Origin: Callorhinchus milii
Lineage: Eukaryota
Assembly (NCBI RefSeq): GCF_018977255.1
Contig: NW_024704743.1
Coordinates: 104,348,001 to 104,412,000, forward strand
DNA length: 64,000 bases
Direction: 5' to 3'
Shown here: piece after piece, positions 51,070-64,000 of the stretch
How the letters are laid out: each line of letters starts with the position of its first letter
Position numbering within the stretch: the stretch's first letter is position 1
The notes under the pieces: generated by a model
What the model was told of the DNA's origin: nothing
Databases searched by the model: none
The model's input: the letters and a program-made list of their open reading frames with translations, nothing else
Translations under genes and position numbers: made by a program

Positions 51070-53200
51070 AATCAGAAGATGGCAGGGTGGATATTGTGGA
51101 AGGAAGAGATGAAGTAAGCTCAAAGGCCTTCCTTACCCAGATCTGTTTGGTGAACTTATGAGTGGTTGTTAACACATGTGGAATCATATGTGTCAGTGTC
51201 TTTAGGTGAGGAGGGATAAAGAGAGATAATTAAGAAAGATACCTGCAACAGCAAAGAGCTTTCTGTAATGGTCACAGTGTTGCTTCCTGGAACTTTCAGA
51301 GCAGATGTTTCGAGGTTATTGGAGGAATTGAGGCTACCTGGACAAACCGTGAAGTGGCACAATGCTGTGAATTATTGATTCAAGCAGAGATTTAGAGTCA
51401 CAGCTTATCTGGACTCAGGGTGTTCTTTTTGATTGAACAGCAATGCTTTCTAGATTGATGCCTTCTTCATTGAAATGGACCGTCCTGTACAATGCGGCTT
51501 TAATCAACTTTTATTGATCATCGATCAGCATTGTGCAGTGCAGAACCAAAAGTCAGCACAAATTACATCAATTGACAGTCACTTTGCTCAGTGGATATGG
51601 TATATTATTAGCTGGGTCTCCGCTCGCTCTGCTGATAGTCCAATTATTTTCAGTTGTCTCATTTATTCTGGGAGATCATTTGGTCTTTGCTTTATTGTTC
51701 GTCCGGACAATCACTTTACAAACTAAACAGCTTTGTGTGCAGAGGCAAACAGCTGCTGTCATGAGCTTTGACCATTCAACAAAATAAGGCAGATCCCCAA
51801 GGAAAGCTTTTCCCCTATACTTCTCAAAGCTTCCTTGTGTTTGTCCCCTGAGTGGTTTTTCTTTCCCAGTGATCTGTTAGGCTAAAAAAAAACCTATCAG
51901 CAATTTCCACGCAGCTAAGGTGACTCTTAGAAAAACAACTAAGGCTATTACAGTTATACTCTGCTTATTATTACCAAGACTTAGCTTCCTCAATCTATAG
52001 ATTCTGATGGTACATATATATTTTCATAAAATAATAATCCATGAATTCATGAATACTTTGAACTCACAGTCCAGGCTGACCCTCCTGTAGCTCAGTGGTT
52101 AGAGCACTCGCTTCGCAAGCAAGAGATCTGGGTTCAATTCCTGGCAGGGTGAAACCTTGGGAAATTTCCTTACTCTACACGCCTGATAATAATCCTTCAA
52201 GAAAAAAGAAGTGAAAAATAATAAAATTGGTCACTTCAATCCACAACTGTTTGTGGGATATTGCTGCTATGTGCAATTGGCTGCTGTGTTTCGCCCACAA
52301 ATATGCAGTAAATTCACTTTACAGTATATTCTGTGAAGCGCTTTGAGACGTCCAGAAGGTGTGAAAAGCACTATATCAAATGCAAGGATTATTATTATTA
52401 CTGCTCTCGTGCAGTGCTGAAGGAACACTGAATTTTTCGAGCTGCTGTTCATTACATGTAATGCTAAACCAAGGTCCCATCTGCCTGTTCAGGTGGAAGT
52501 TAAAGATCCCATGGCACATTTTGAAAAGAAAAGGGAGTTTGATGTCTTGGCCAACAATCCCCTAAATAACATTGTCGCTCAATTCTTGGTTGTTTGTGGG
52601 ACATTGCTGTGCGCATCCTGTCTGCTGCATTCACCTACAAATACACACTATTTTTTTACTGTTAAGTAAAAAAAAGTCTTGTGAAGCGCAATGAGACATT
52701 AGCAGAGAAACAAGACTTTAAGTCATTGTTTTGAGCTAAGATGGAACTGAGGTCCCAAAGGTGTAAGACAGTGTACTAACCTGCAAGCCTAGAGTCAACA
52801 ACTCAGTACAGATTTCCAAAAAGCACCTTAAAATGAGTCTTATCCATCAGCTTATTCAAATAACATAACCAGACACCAATGTTATTGAAATGCAATGTTG
52901 GCAGGACTATCTACCCCTTTTCCTAGCATGTATAGGTATAGATATTTTAGCATGATGTGTCGATCCTATTTGACTTTTGCAAACTCTTTGCTCAGGTGAT
53001 TGAACGCTGCATTGTTGCTGTGTAGTTCTTTTCTGATAGCTGTCTCATTATTTTGCAGTTTTGCCCAGGCTTACATTTGTCAAATTCTGTCAACAAATTT
53101 TTCCTGTTTTTGTTTTTTCTCTTAGGTTTTGTCAATCATGCAAGTTCTCTTCCATTTTCCACATTCATCATAAGTACTTTATTAAACATCAACCATAAAA
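51070..53200 (+). pseudogene. Dynein pseudogene segments: AAA6 and lid
   Basis: ESYVSVSLGEEG* (51181); RAFCNGHSV; GLRVFF; GDHLVFALLFV; AYICQIL; LGFVNHASS..IISTLLNIN (cf. FGMHENAN..LINTILEVQ). Confidence 0.75.
52083..52400 (+). mobile_element. Young SINE nested in an older Deu-type SINE (~52060-52700)
   Basis: Older SINE gaactcacagtccaggctgac | tgcagtgctga is split by the young copy. Confidence 0.85.
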
Positions 53201-55762
53201 CCTCAAGTAAACTCATTTGCTTGCCAATGGGTTTGAAAATTGTGATGCAGTAATTTTGACTGGAATCATGATTGCCTCTGTTGATAAGTGTGTTGTCAGC
53301 CTAGCTCAACTGGTACTCTTGCCTGTGGATCAGAAGGTTGTGTTTTTTTTGGTCAGCTGAGTGTCTGACAAATGCAGAAACCTATCACCATCGTTAAGAA
53401 TATCCAAGCTGAGAATTCCATTCATCCCACCTACACAACAACAAAACAATTATATTTGTATAGCGCCTTTCATGTCGGGAGGACTTCCCAAGGCGCTGGG
53501 AAATTCCTGAGGAAATTCCAGAGAATTGACACATGGAAATTCCAAAGATAGATTGTTGGAATGGAAAGCACGCTCTCTCCCTGGAGGGACATATCCTCCT
53601 TACCAAATTCCTATTTACCTTATTACCGAACCTAAAGTATTAGGGCCAAGGTTAGCAAGAACCAAGGCTTCGCGTTCCCAGAGCATGCATTCGGGTCCTG
53701 CTCGAGTTTAACCAGCTTAAACCTCATAGCTTGCCATTGATATCGCTGTCTGGCAAGGTTGTGGATTCAAACTCCATGTCATGCATTAAGCTCATATTCT
53801 CGGCTGACAGTTTATGCAGTACTGAAGAATTCTACATTGCTGAAGGAACCATCCTTTTGATGTGAAGTTAAACTGAGGAACAGTACTCGTGATGTTAGAG
53901 ATCCCATGGGACTATTTGAAAAGCGAAGGGAGTCTTGGACAACAGTCCTCCAAATAAATTAATCATTCACATCATGCTATTTGTGGGACAATGCTGTGCA
54001 TAATTTGGTTGCTCCAATTACCCATAAAGTTACAAGCAAACAGCAATTCCCAGTGAAGCGTTTGAGATGTTTTGACATGATAATCACTTAGAGCAAACGC
54101 ATGGATTATTAAGTGTGGTCAGTGTGGCTTATCAATAACTAAAGACTGCTCTGCAGGTGCAGTCCTACCTCAACCTAGTCTGACTGGTTGAGTCAAAGCT
54201 GGGGTTGCAGGTTTCGGTGCTTGAGTGCTGGTATGAAATGGGAGAGTATTTCATATCTCAGCCCCAATACCCTTCAACTTGAATTCACAAGAGAACTCAA
54301 CAGTGACTTCAAGTAAGTCAGAATGACAATATGTCACCAGATATACGTATTTGTTCCTATGGAGGAAGAGGATAGACTACACTGCAAAAGAACAAGTGAG
54401 AGTGGGAGGAGAGAAAACAATTAATGACAAAAGGAGACAGAAGGCAAGAATTGATACTGTGTTGGAACAAAGGCTTTAATCTGACTAAACCTGAAAGCAA
54501 CACCCATAGAGTGACTGAGCAAAAACAAATTGTGTGCTATTACAGATATCTTAGAAACTGGAACCCTGGTGTGGTAAAATGTATCTTTATTGAAATGTAC
54601 TTCTACAGCTTTTGAAGCTATTTTAGTGTTCAATTATTTTCAAATCTCAAGTTCTGTCAGTCCGCTGTGCAATTGTAACCTTCATCAATGAAGAAAGAGG
54701 AGTGTAGGAATCTACTCCTTCCTAATATGAACAGCTTGTCAATTTGTATCCATTCAAATGTTAAAGCTGTGTTACTTTCGACTGTTGTAAAAATACATTA
54801 TATAAATCGAGGCTTTAAACCACTGCATTTCCATTTTATGTGGGTTTTTTTTACAAAAAATTGAACATACCCTTCTTATCACTTTACAAAGCAGAATAAT
54901 TTACTCAGCATTTCCTTGTTTGATATAAACATACACTTGTAGCTGATACTATGCATCAATAAACATTCTCAAAAAATAGGACCCACATTTCAAATGCATA
55001 TAGCATTACACAGCTGCAAGCCACAATAAGTATGTATGTATTTTATATTATAATAAATTATAATAATCCTTAGATTTCATATATTGCCTTTCACATTGAG
55101 GAGATGCCTTGAAGGACTTCGAATGATATGCTGTAAAGTGCAGTGATTGTATTGGTGTAGGCAAATGTGGCCGCCTGTTTGCACACAATGTCCCACAAAC
55201 AACCATGAAGTGAATAAGAAATTTTCTCTTATTAAATAGTGCCATGGGTACCACCTGAATGATGAGACCTCAGTTTAAATCTCATCTGAAAGAAGTATAA
55301 AGTGTATGTATGAAATTGGTTAAATTAGCATTTTATAGATCAATCTCTTATTTCTTGAAGCCATTTCTTAATTGAGAAGATACACAGATGAACCAAGTTC
55401 AACTGCTCCAGCGAACCACAATGAACTGTTTGGATAGGATAGATCCTTAGGTGTCATTTAAATTTACACATTCATCTTGAAGGAGTATGAGTTAGCTGCA
55501 ATTGCAGCACACCATGTGGGGAACTGCAGTAGTGAACTTGCCATCTACCATTCTTCAATGGTCCCCATCACTGTTACTCACTGCCTTTGTTTCAAAGGCT
55601 ACAATCCCAAGCAGACTTTTGTTCTTGGGCCAATCTTAAGAGTTCCCTCAGTTCTTACACTTGCACTACACAATGAGAGAAGGGTTTGTCTTCTGATTTC
55701 AATCACTCCTCTGAGAACACTTGTCACATGGGAGTCTTGTGACAGGACTGTGATAGCTATAG

Positions 55763-56067
55763 GGGAGTCCTGTAGCTCAGTGGTTAGAGCACTCGCTTTG
55801 CAAGCGAGAGACCTGAGTTCAATTCCAGGCAGGGCGAAAACTTGGGCAAGTTTCCTTACTCCACACGCCTAATAATAATCCCTCCAAAAAACAAAGCAAT
55901 AATAAATTGGTCATTTTCAATCTACGACTGTTTGTGGGACATTGCTGTGCGCAATTGGCTGCCACGTTCGCCCACAAATTCACTTTACAGTATATTCTGT
56001 GAAGCGCTTTGAGACGTCCTGCCGACGTGAAAAGCGCTATATCAAATACAAGAATTATTATTATTAT
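55763..56067 (+). mobile_element. Young tRNA-derived SINE
   Basis: Full head, body and tail. Confidence 0.9.
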
Positions 56068-56399
56068 GTGGAGTTCATTAGAAAAGCACCCATAATTAAA
56101 GATTAACAGTTCTGCTAAAACTATAAATTATATAACTTCAGTGAGCACTTCCACCTGTTCTGCAGAAGATGGAATAAACCAGCTTTATTCTGGCATCTCT
56201 AAGCCCTCCGAGATGCTGTCTGGCGCGAAGTGGGCTATATAAATGCAAGTTGTTGTTGCTTCTTAACAGCCCATTGCTTTTCTTAATGTACAGCACAGTA
56301 GAGGGATCAACATTGAATCCCAACTATGGCAGTATCCCATGAATGCAAACCCAGACACACATTGATCAATAGGTCTGACAAGGCTGGATGTGAAGTGCC

Positions 56400-56990
56400 C
56401 AGCTGTACAGAGTGTTAGTCAGACTCAATCTGGAGTACTGCATTCAGTTTGGGGCACCACACCTCAGGAAAGATATATTGGTTCTAGAGAGGGTGCAGCG
56501 TAGATTCACCAGAATGTTACCAGACCTAAAAGGGTTAAGTTAGGGGGAAAAGTTGCATAAACTTGGATTGTATTCCTTTGAGTTTAGAACGTTGAGGGAT
56601 GATTTGATTGAGGTATTTCAGATGATAAAGGGATTTGATAGGGTAGATACAGAGAAGCTATTTTCTCTGGTGGGGGAATCCAAAACAAGGGGGCATAGTC
56701 TTAAAATTAGAACCTGGCCATTTAAGAGTGAAATCAGGAAGAATGTTTTCACTTAAAGGGTGGTACAAATCTGGAATTCTCTCCTCCAAAAGGCCGTGGA
56801 TGCTGGATCCATCCACACCTTCAAGAGTGAGGTTGATAGATGTTTGGTAGGTCAGGGTATTAAGGGATATGGGGAGAAAGCGGAAAATTGGAATTGAAAG
56901 GATTAGTTGAGGTACAGATCAGCCATGATTTAATTAAATGATGGAACAAGCTTGAAGAGCTGAATGGCCTCTTCATGTTCCTGTGGTCCT
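56400..56990 (+). mobile_element. CR1 LINE 3' fragment
   Basis: LGLYSFEFRTLRDDLIEVF..TRGHSLKI. Confidence 0.9.
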
Positions 56991-59844
56991 ATGCATTACA
57001 AATGGTCTCCAGGTCTTGTTATAAGTAAAACGTATTTTAAACCATTTATTTGTGTTCCAAATTCCAAGGATATAATTTTCTATAATGTTTCAGGTGTTGC
57101 TTATAAGTTGATTCATGTTGGCAGAATTGTAAATTATCTGCATTGTTACCTTATTGTTTCCTGTATTGCCCTTAAACTTTGTGCTGAATAAAGAGAAATG
57201 TCTGGTTTGCACAGCAAATGCCATCATTAGGTTCCGGAGTTGTAAGATCACTTCCAATGTTTTTATGCGGCTTCAAACATTGTCTTGAAATTATCACCCA
57301 CAACATTTGTTGTTGTCATTAACCAAGATCGATTTGTGGGTGGTATGTCTGAGAATTGGGCAGATGGGGATTCTAGGCAAGGGGGAGTCACAGTTCTGTG
57401 TTGAATCTGCCAAAAGGACTAGCACAGAGCAGAAAGCATTGTAGAGATATCGTCATATACACACTCCAATCATAACATGGCTTTCTTGAAATCAAACACA
57501 TTAATTAGTTTTCAGATAAAAGTAAGTGCAAATTCTGTTCCCCTAAAGAACCCTCATATCACCAGGGATTTCATTAAGTGATGATCTTGTTGTTGATAAG
57601 AGATATCAAAGGTAGCTGTGGTCAGATGCAATCTGCAATAGTGTTGCTTAGAAGTGCGGTTTTCATCAAACAATTTTTTATGTTTTCTTCAACCTAATAT
57701 AAATAGAAAAATTATGCAAAAATCCAATATTTAATTTAGATTTTTTGACAATTATTTTATTTTTACATTTATTATTGTCTTGTCTGTTTGTTCTACCAGT
57801 ATTAGATTGAACGTCTCCCAGCATTCTTGTAAGTGAAGTCATGTTTAGGTCCTGGTGTATACAGATGTGTGTACATTTGACTGTATTTATCTGCCCATTT
57901 CAGGAATATTATCAGGACCTGTAAACATTTTTCCCTAGATTTTAATCAAAGCAAACAATTTGTCAGATTTGAGTTGCTTTTGACAATAGGCTCAGAATGG
58001 TGCTCTTGTCCTACCCAATGGGTCTTTAACGCTTATGTCAATCTTTTTTTCTAATTGTGAACACATGAGGTAACCAGGATCACAACGACTTCATAGCCAT
58101 GCTGCTGCTTCAGTGCAGTAATAGAGGAGTTGTACCCCAGGTGCAATCCTGCAGCTGAGCTATCAAACCAAGTCTAGTGATGATAATAATCCTTGCATTT
58201 GATATAGCACCTTATCATGTCTTCGAGACATCTCAAAGCACTTCACAGAATATACTGCAAAGTGAATTGACTAAACTGGTTAGGTAACATTACTTCAAGT
58301 GAAACAACGTTATTACATATTTTTATCCGTCATCGGTGGGGCTGCTCTGCCTGCCGGGATTGGTATTTCGGTTATCCTCGGATGCCTTTCAAATCGGACA
58401 AAATGGCCTTCCCGATGTGTCCAGCTTAACTGGTTTCCACTGTAGTCACAGGAACATTGAAAATCCCATGGAACTACTTAAACGAGAAGGAAGTTTCTCT
58501 GGGAGTCCTGGCCAACAATCCCCCGGAAAAAAAATAGTTATTAATTTCACAGCTGTTTGTGGGACTTTGCCTTGTGCAAATTGGCTGTAATGACCTACAG
58601 AACCCACAGTCACTAAACTTCACAGTAAATCCTGTGAAGTAAATCCTGTGAAGTTTCTTGAAATGTTTTGACAACATGATAAGGCTGTACCAAAGTAATG
58701 ATTATTATTATTTAATGGAATGTGATTATGACCCAGCTGAGTTGGGTGGACAGATACTTTCCAGGTAATTACAAGAATAGAGAGACACACACGCAAACAC
58801 AAAGAGGCAATTATAGAGGCAGGGAGAGGAAGAAAGAAATACACATAGGCACATGCACCATTATTTTGTTATCTGCAATGGAGCTGGTCTGGATGTGGGG
58901 CTATCAGGCACTCTACTGCACCATAGATAACTTTATCCAACAATGTATGTGAAGAAACAAATATTGTTTGTTAGAAACTTTCCCCAGGGCTAATTCAATT
59001 ACCCTGACATTTCAGCATTGCAGTGTGCGTGTGTTTGTGTTGCTTCCTATTATGCTGACAACAGTGCTTCAAAATGTGTTTCCTAAAAACTGAAAATAAC
59101 AATTAAAGTAAACAGCAAAAGAGAGCAAAACGATTCCCAAATTGAATCATTTAAGAATTGCCTGATTTTAAGGAATAAAAGCATCATAAAGCACCTCATC
59201 AGTTACAGATTTTCAATGAACTATGAATGGATAATTGAAGAGACTTCTGTAACCATAATAAACTGATGACATTTCTTCTGTAATGAACATCCTTGTATTC
59301 TGGACAAGGAATACATCATTTCAGAATAGCCTTAATTTCACCAACTAACAAGCAAAAACATTTACATATTGATGCTTTACGTAAAAGATGACTGCGGCCA
59401 TGCGGTCACAATCTGTTAAATACCAGCCACAACAGTGTTCGTTTCTTACCGTTGATCATAGAATAATGCAGAGATCATGTAACATGTCCATTCTATATGA
59501 CTGGAATGAACATAGAAAAAAAATCCTCATGTATTTAATCCACAACACCTCAATCTTCTTATCAAACTCCGAGTAAATATATCGCCAGATACAACATGCT
59601 AATGAATTGTGCCCATCAAATATAAGTTACATCTCTTCGAATCATTCTGAAATAGACTTTATGGGAGTGATGCAAGCAGGTTGAATGCACTTTGACAATG
59701 GCATTTCCTATTATTGGGAGCTAAAATCTACTCTAAATGATGAATGGCACATGACATGCTAGACGTCAGGCCCTCAGAGCTGAGTTCACATGAGTCAATG
59801 TGACGATTATGCATCCCAAAGCTCTATTCCCAATGCCAGGCATT

Positions 59845-60240
59845 ACTGGATGCCACTCTTGCCTCTGATTCAGGAGGTTGTGGTTTCAAGCCCCACGCCG
59901 GGACTTGGAACTCATATAGTCTGGGCTGACATTCCAAAGTAGTGCTGGAGATGTGCTGCATTGTAGGAGTTGCTGTCCTTCTGATGAGATGTTAAACATA
60001 GGCCCAATTGCTTGTTCAGGTGGATATTAAACAACAACAACAATAGTTTCACTCGGTGTCCATGGCCAACAATCCCCCAAATAAAATTGATCATTCACTT
60101 TTTGTGAGACATTACTGTGTGCAAACTGGCTGCTGTGTTTGTCTACAAATACAGTCACCGCACTTTACAGTATACCATGTATCACAAGTAAGACATCCTC
60201 CCATGTGAAAGGTGCTGCACAAAATGTAAAGATTTTTAAT
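59845..60240 (+). mobile_element. Older Deu-type SINE
   Basis: Same head and core as 5203-5606. Confidence 0.75.
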
Positions 60241-61749
60241 TATTTATGATGCTGTTTTTTCAATGAACATTTTTCAATATTATTGTCTGAAGACACTAAA
60301 CCTTCCCCACAGAGCTTCATTCATAAAACATGACGTCTGGAAATAATACTGTTGTAATGAAATATCCAAGACTTCAGCTGGAACCCAATTGCTCATCAGA
60401 CCTGAATTCCTGCAAGTCTGTGGTCTTACCAGTGGTTTCCATTGAGAAAATGCTGTTTACATATTATTATATTATTAATGCCATTACTTCAAGAAAATGT
60501 TTGCTTGCCAATAATATTGGAGGGTACGGAAATAGGGCCAGAGTGGTTTTAACAAATTCTCTGCGGTATACTGTATATTGATTTCTGTATCATAGAAATC
60601 CCCAAGGGGGAGGATGGGAAGTTATCTCTGGCTGGTTTTCGATAGTGATGTTGTGAGGATAGATAAATAATCTGGAGCTTTGATTCATTGCCTTTGAAGT
60701 TCACAGAATGGTTATGCAAAGGTTTCCTATGGAGATTCAGTAAGTGGGCAAAGTCTCTGATATTTTTCAGTACATTTGTCAATGTTTTAGGAACTTGCTA
60801 ATTGCACAATTCTTGTTAAGAAATATCACAAGTTAGATCTCAGTATTTCACAATACAACCAACTTGCATTTATATATAGAGCCCTTCCCACTGGTAGTAT
60901 CTTGGAATGCTTGCAAATTCACTTACGAATAAACTGGATTTTCCAATAAAAACTTTAATTCTGATGTTTACTTGCAGTTTAAGGCATATTATTAGGTCTA
61001 TACATACTGCTTTTTATATTGCTCATTTAATGTTTCACCACTAATCCATAGTGATAGTAAAACCTGTTTAGTATTCCCGGATGTAACCTAATTTATACCT
61101 TGTTTATTGTGATAAAAGAGGGGTAAATTGTTTTCAACAAAGCTAAATTTGAGGTGTTTATTGTTGCAAATAGGAACAAAATGATCTAATTTGTTTTCCC
61201 AGCTTGGGTCCCTTTTGAAATCATAAGAAAGCAACAGAGATTTTGGTTGCCTTTGATATTCACCAGGTTTTATTAGCACCAGAAATCCAATGGCCTTCTT
61301 TGTGGTGCTATTTATTTATTCAGATTCAACTGAATGTGAAGTTTATATAAACTCAGAAGTACCAGACATAAATGGCACAGAATTTGAGGACAGAATTTCC
61401 CATTGTAACAAACCAGGAAGTGTATTTTTTGTGCTGCAAAGCCGTATTGGTTTAAATGAGGTTTCATTAGAATGGAGAAATGGTTGAAAAATACAATTTG
61501 TCAACTATGTCAACTAAAATTATGATGACAGGCAGTAATTCTCACATCACATCTTGCATTTTACACTCTATTGCAAGACAACGATTAACCGCAAGTGACG
61601 TTTTGGGATGGTGCCTCAGCAAAGAAAGGAAGGGAAATCAATTTGATGCTGCCTCTTCACCACTGTAAAGTGCTCCAAGAGTTATTCTATGGGAAGGGCA
61701 CTATATAAATGCAAGTTGTTATTGTTCCATATCACAGGGGTGATACACT

Positions 61750-62270
61750 ACAAAATTACGTTTCTAAAGCCCCTTTCACATCGGGAGGACGTCCCAAGGT
61801 GCTGGACAGTCAAGGATTAGGAACCTAGTGGGGTGGAGGGTGGTGGTTGGGATCAGGGAGAGTGGGGAGCAGAGAGAGTAGCCGAAGGCACGGTCAAAGA
61901 GGAGGGTCTTGAGGCATACCTTGAAGGAGGCAAGGGAGAGAGTGAGGCAAAAGGAATGTGGGATGGCGTTCCAGAAGGTGGGGGCAGAGAGGCTGAAGGT
62001 CCAACTGCTGATGATGGGGTGGGCTGGGCGGGGAATGTGGAGCAGGCTGAGCTTACTAAGCGGAGGGAGCGGACAGGTTGATAAGGGGTTAGCAGGTTGA
62101 AGAGGTAGGAGGATGCAAGGTCATGGAGGGCCTTGAAGGTGTGGACAAGAATTTTGATGAACCTCTTAGGGATGGGGAGCCAGTGGAGCTGGGAGAGGGT
62201 GAGTGTAATGGGGTCACAAAGCCTGGTGCGGAAGAGGACACGAACTGCAGAGTTCTGGGTGAACTCTGCA
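61750..62270 (-). mobile_element. L2 3' fragment
   Basis: Homologous to the other L2 3' ends; ggacgtcccaagg tail. Confidence 0.85.
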
Positions 62271-64000
62271 GTTCAAGAGATGGGAAATCACTCAGAATCT
62301 GAAAACATGCTGCTGAAAGAACAGCAGTGCGCAGTGCATATAATTCCAGAGGCAATTATCGCAAAGTGGTGGTGTTGTTTGGCTTCTGCCAAACAGACAT
62401 AAATTCTCTGGTAACGAGCAGAAGCCAAACAGCATTGAAAATGGAAAGGCAGGGAGGTCAGATACCAATCCCATATCTACTCCCGTTGGATAAATTCCAA
62501 CTTGTGGCTGTGACAGTGTGGTGTTTAATGTATAACTATTTAACCTAACTTGTGATATACTCTTCTAATCATAACCCCTTGCTGGAGATCATCTCTGCAT
62601 TACAGTATTGTGGCCAAGTATTGAAGCATTGTCAGCATGAGATACTAAGCCAATGGAGGCAGTAAAGATCTAGTTTTGGAAGTCCTATTTGCTAAATCTT
62701 GATATGTTACAAGATTTGAAACAGTCCAGGAATTAAGGAATTAAAACATTCTATTTCTCCAGTAATACTTTTTCCAAAACTGACATCCAAAGAAGAAGCC
62801 ATTTCCTTCCTGAGGAGACAAGAATAGGATTCAACAATAAAAAATGATGGGAAGCATGCAGTCGTAATTTTAAAAGTAATGATTACAACATTATACTGAT
62901 ATTATTACTAATAAACTTATTACATTACACCCATGTAAGATGGTGAATATCAGGTGTCTGTTTACCAGTGAGAGCAGCATTGTTGACTCTGAACCAGATG
63001 GGGAGGGGGGAACAGGGAACAAAAAGTGTAGTAAGTTTAGTGCTGAAAAACATGCTCTGACATACATCTGACCACACAACCTTGTTCTGACTCAAAAATT
63101 GTCCTATAGGCAGCTTCTAGACTACTCATACAGTTAAAAATGTCAAAAACAGAAGATAGTTTGGTGGATTCTCTGATGTGTAGGATTCCAGTGATTACAT
63201 TACTGGATTCAGACTCCTTGAACTATTGCTGTGCAGCATTGATTTTTTGGCGCTGGAGCATCATAACGTTAACACAGAAACTTATTTTATATTAATGGAA
63301 GCTTAACAATAAATAAAAGTTTAAATTACCCTTCTCTGAGTTTGACAGGATTGTTAGTGAGTGATCAATAAACAGATTAGCGCAATGGAACCCACTTAAA
63401 TAATTCATACCAAAAACTTTAAAAGTCAATGTAACTATCCATGGTGTTTGTTGTTTCACAACTGAAATACTGTTGCATTGTATTATAATGATGGCTTTTT
63501 GTAGTTTGCAACACTCACAATTGGTCAATGATAGTAAAAAAAATTAAAAATCCTTTCACATCACAAAAGTAACTGTAATTGTCAGAGAAAAGAAGTCCAG
63601 GTTACATTGGGCTGCATTGATGGCTTTTCTGATAACGTTCTCACCAGTGTAATTTTGTAGTGTTTGCATAGTACAGAGAAGCAGACAGGGAGCACTGTAA
63701 TTGTACTTCTGAATCTGATAGGAATAATTCCATATTATTTTAGTGGAAGAAAGTTTTTTNGTGCAGAAAACTGTAAATGGTTGTTACTTTTCAAAGCTGT
63801 CAGTTCTCTAAAAGCTTACAGTGAAAGTCTTTAATCCTGGCTGGTAGACATGCACGTCTAAGGATGATATAGCAATGTCACAGTGACAATTAGCTGGCAT
63901 TGTCAGTTCTGAATGCTGCTGCTTTGGAATTTGACTAAATAATAATAATCCTTGCATAGCGCTTTTCACATCGGAAGGACGTCCCAAAGCGCTTCACAGA

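Larger units (their letters stand above)
1690..57404 (+). pseudogene. Decayed axonemal dynein heavy chain pseudogene (DNAH6/DNAH14/DNHD1-like), nearly full length, intron-containing
   Basis: More than 20 colinear translated segments resemble dynein HC motifs in the correct order, e.g. DIQASFNYIKFY (5771), QFLRIYF (19408, cf. FPRFYF), ENYVGNG..ALKID (20260-20349, cf. YEYLG..ALQLD), GCFNE (20854, Walker B CFDE), FAFNFGWFGK (21026, cf. FITMNPGYAGR), LGPSYSG* (27246, AAA2 Walker A), TFNLTNTGKIF (37315), SVSYCGVL (43650), SVSLGEEG (51193, cf. SISLGQGQG), PTTFVVVI..GGVTVLC* (ends 57404, cf. STNFVV..GVALLC). Many in-frame stops and frameshifts. Confidence 0.85.
54560..57404 (+). pseudogene. Dynein pseudogene segments: C-terminal domain
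   Basis: CIFIEMYFYSF; EPQ*TVWIG (cf. QPKSYWISG); DHFQCFY..SPTTFVVVI..SENWADG..GGVTVLC* (57246-57404). Confidence 0.75.
59200..63640 (-). pseudogene. Probable decayed leucine-rich-repeat (LRRNT-LRRs-LRRCT) gene
   Basis: NCECCKLQKAIIIIQCNSIS (LRRNT-like); ILHIRESTKLSSVFDIFNCMSSLE, FLSQNKV, CFSALNLLHFL, ISNNISI, LVNIKGNQ, KLQIIYLS; LE*ILAPNNRKCHCQ (LRRCT-like); many stops and frameshifts. Confidence 0.5.

Overview
Eukaryotic, repeat-rich genomic DNA. The CR1, L2 and tRNA/Deu-type SINE families look chondrichthyan, possibly a chimaera (inference from repeat sequences only). No intact protein-coding gene is present: nearly all long ORFs in the track are LINE ORF2 fragments or their antisense shadows. 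Manual translation of the unique sequence between repeats shows a hidden, almost full-length, heavily decayed axonemal dynein heavy chain pseudogene on the + strand (~1.7-57.4 kb). It is DNAH6/DNAH14/DNHD1-like, with tail, linker, AAA1-AAA6, stalk/MTBD and C-terminal motifs in the correct order, riddled with stops, frameshifts and TE insertions. A second probable decayed gene (leucine-rich-repeat protein) lies convergently on the - strand (~59.2-63.6 kb). Also present: nested L2-in-CR1, L2-in-SINE and SINE-in-SINE insertions, SINEs sharing the L2 3' tail, Penelope-type repeats carrying minimal hammerhead-ribozyme cores, and one unclassified repeat family. Protein similarities were judged by eye against remembered DNAH6-type and LRR consensus sequence, not by database search. 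Most segment boundaries are approximate.
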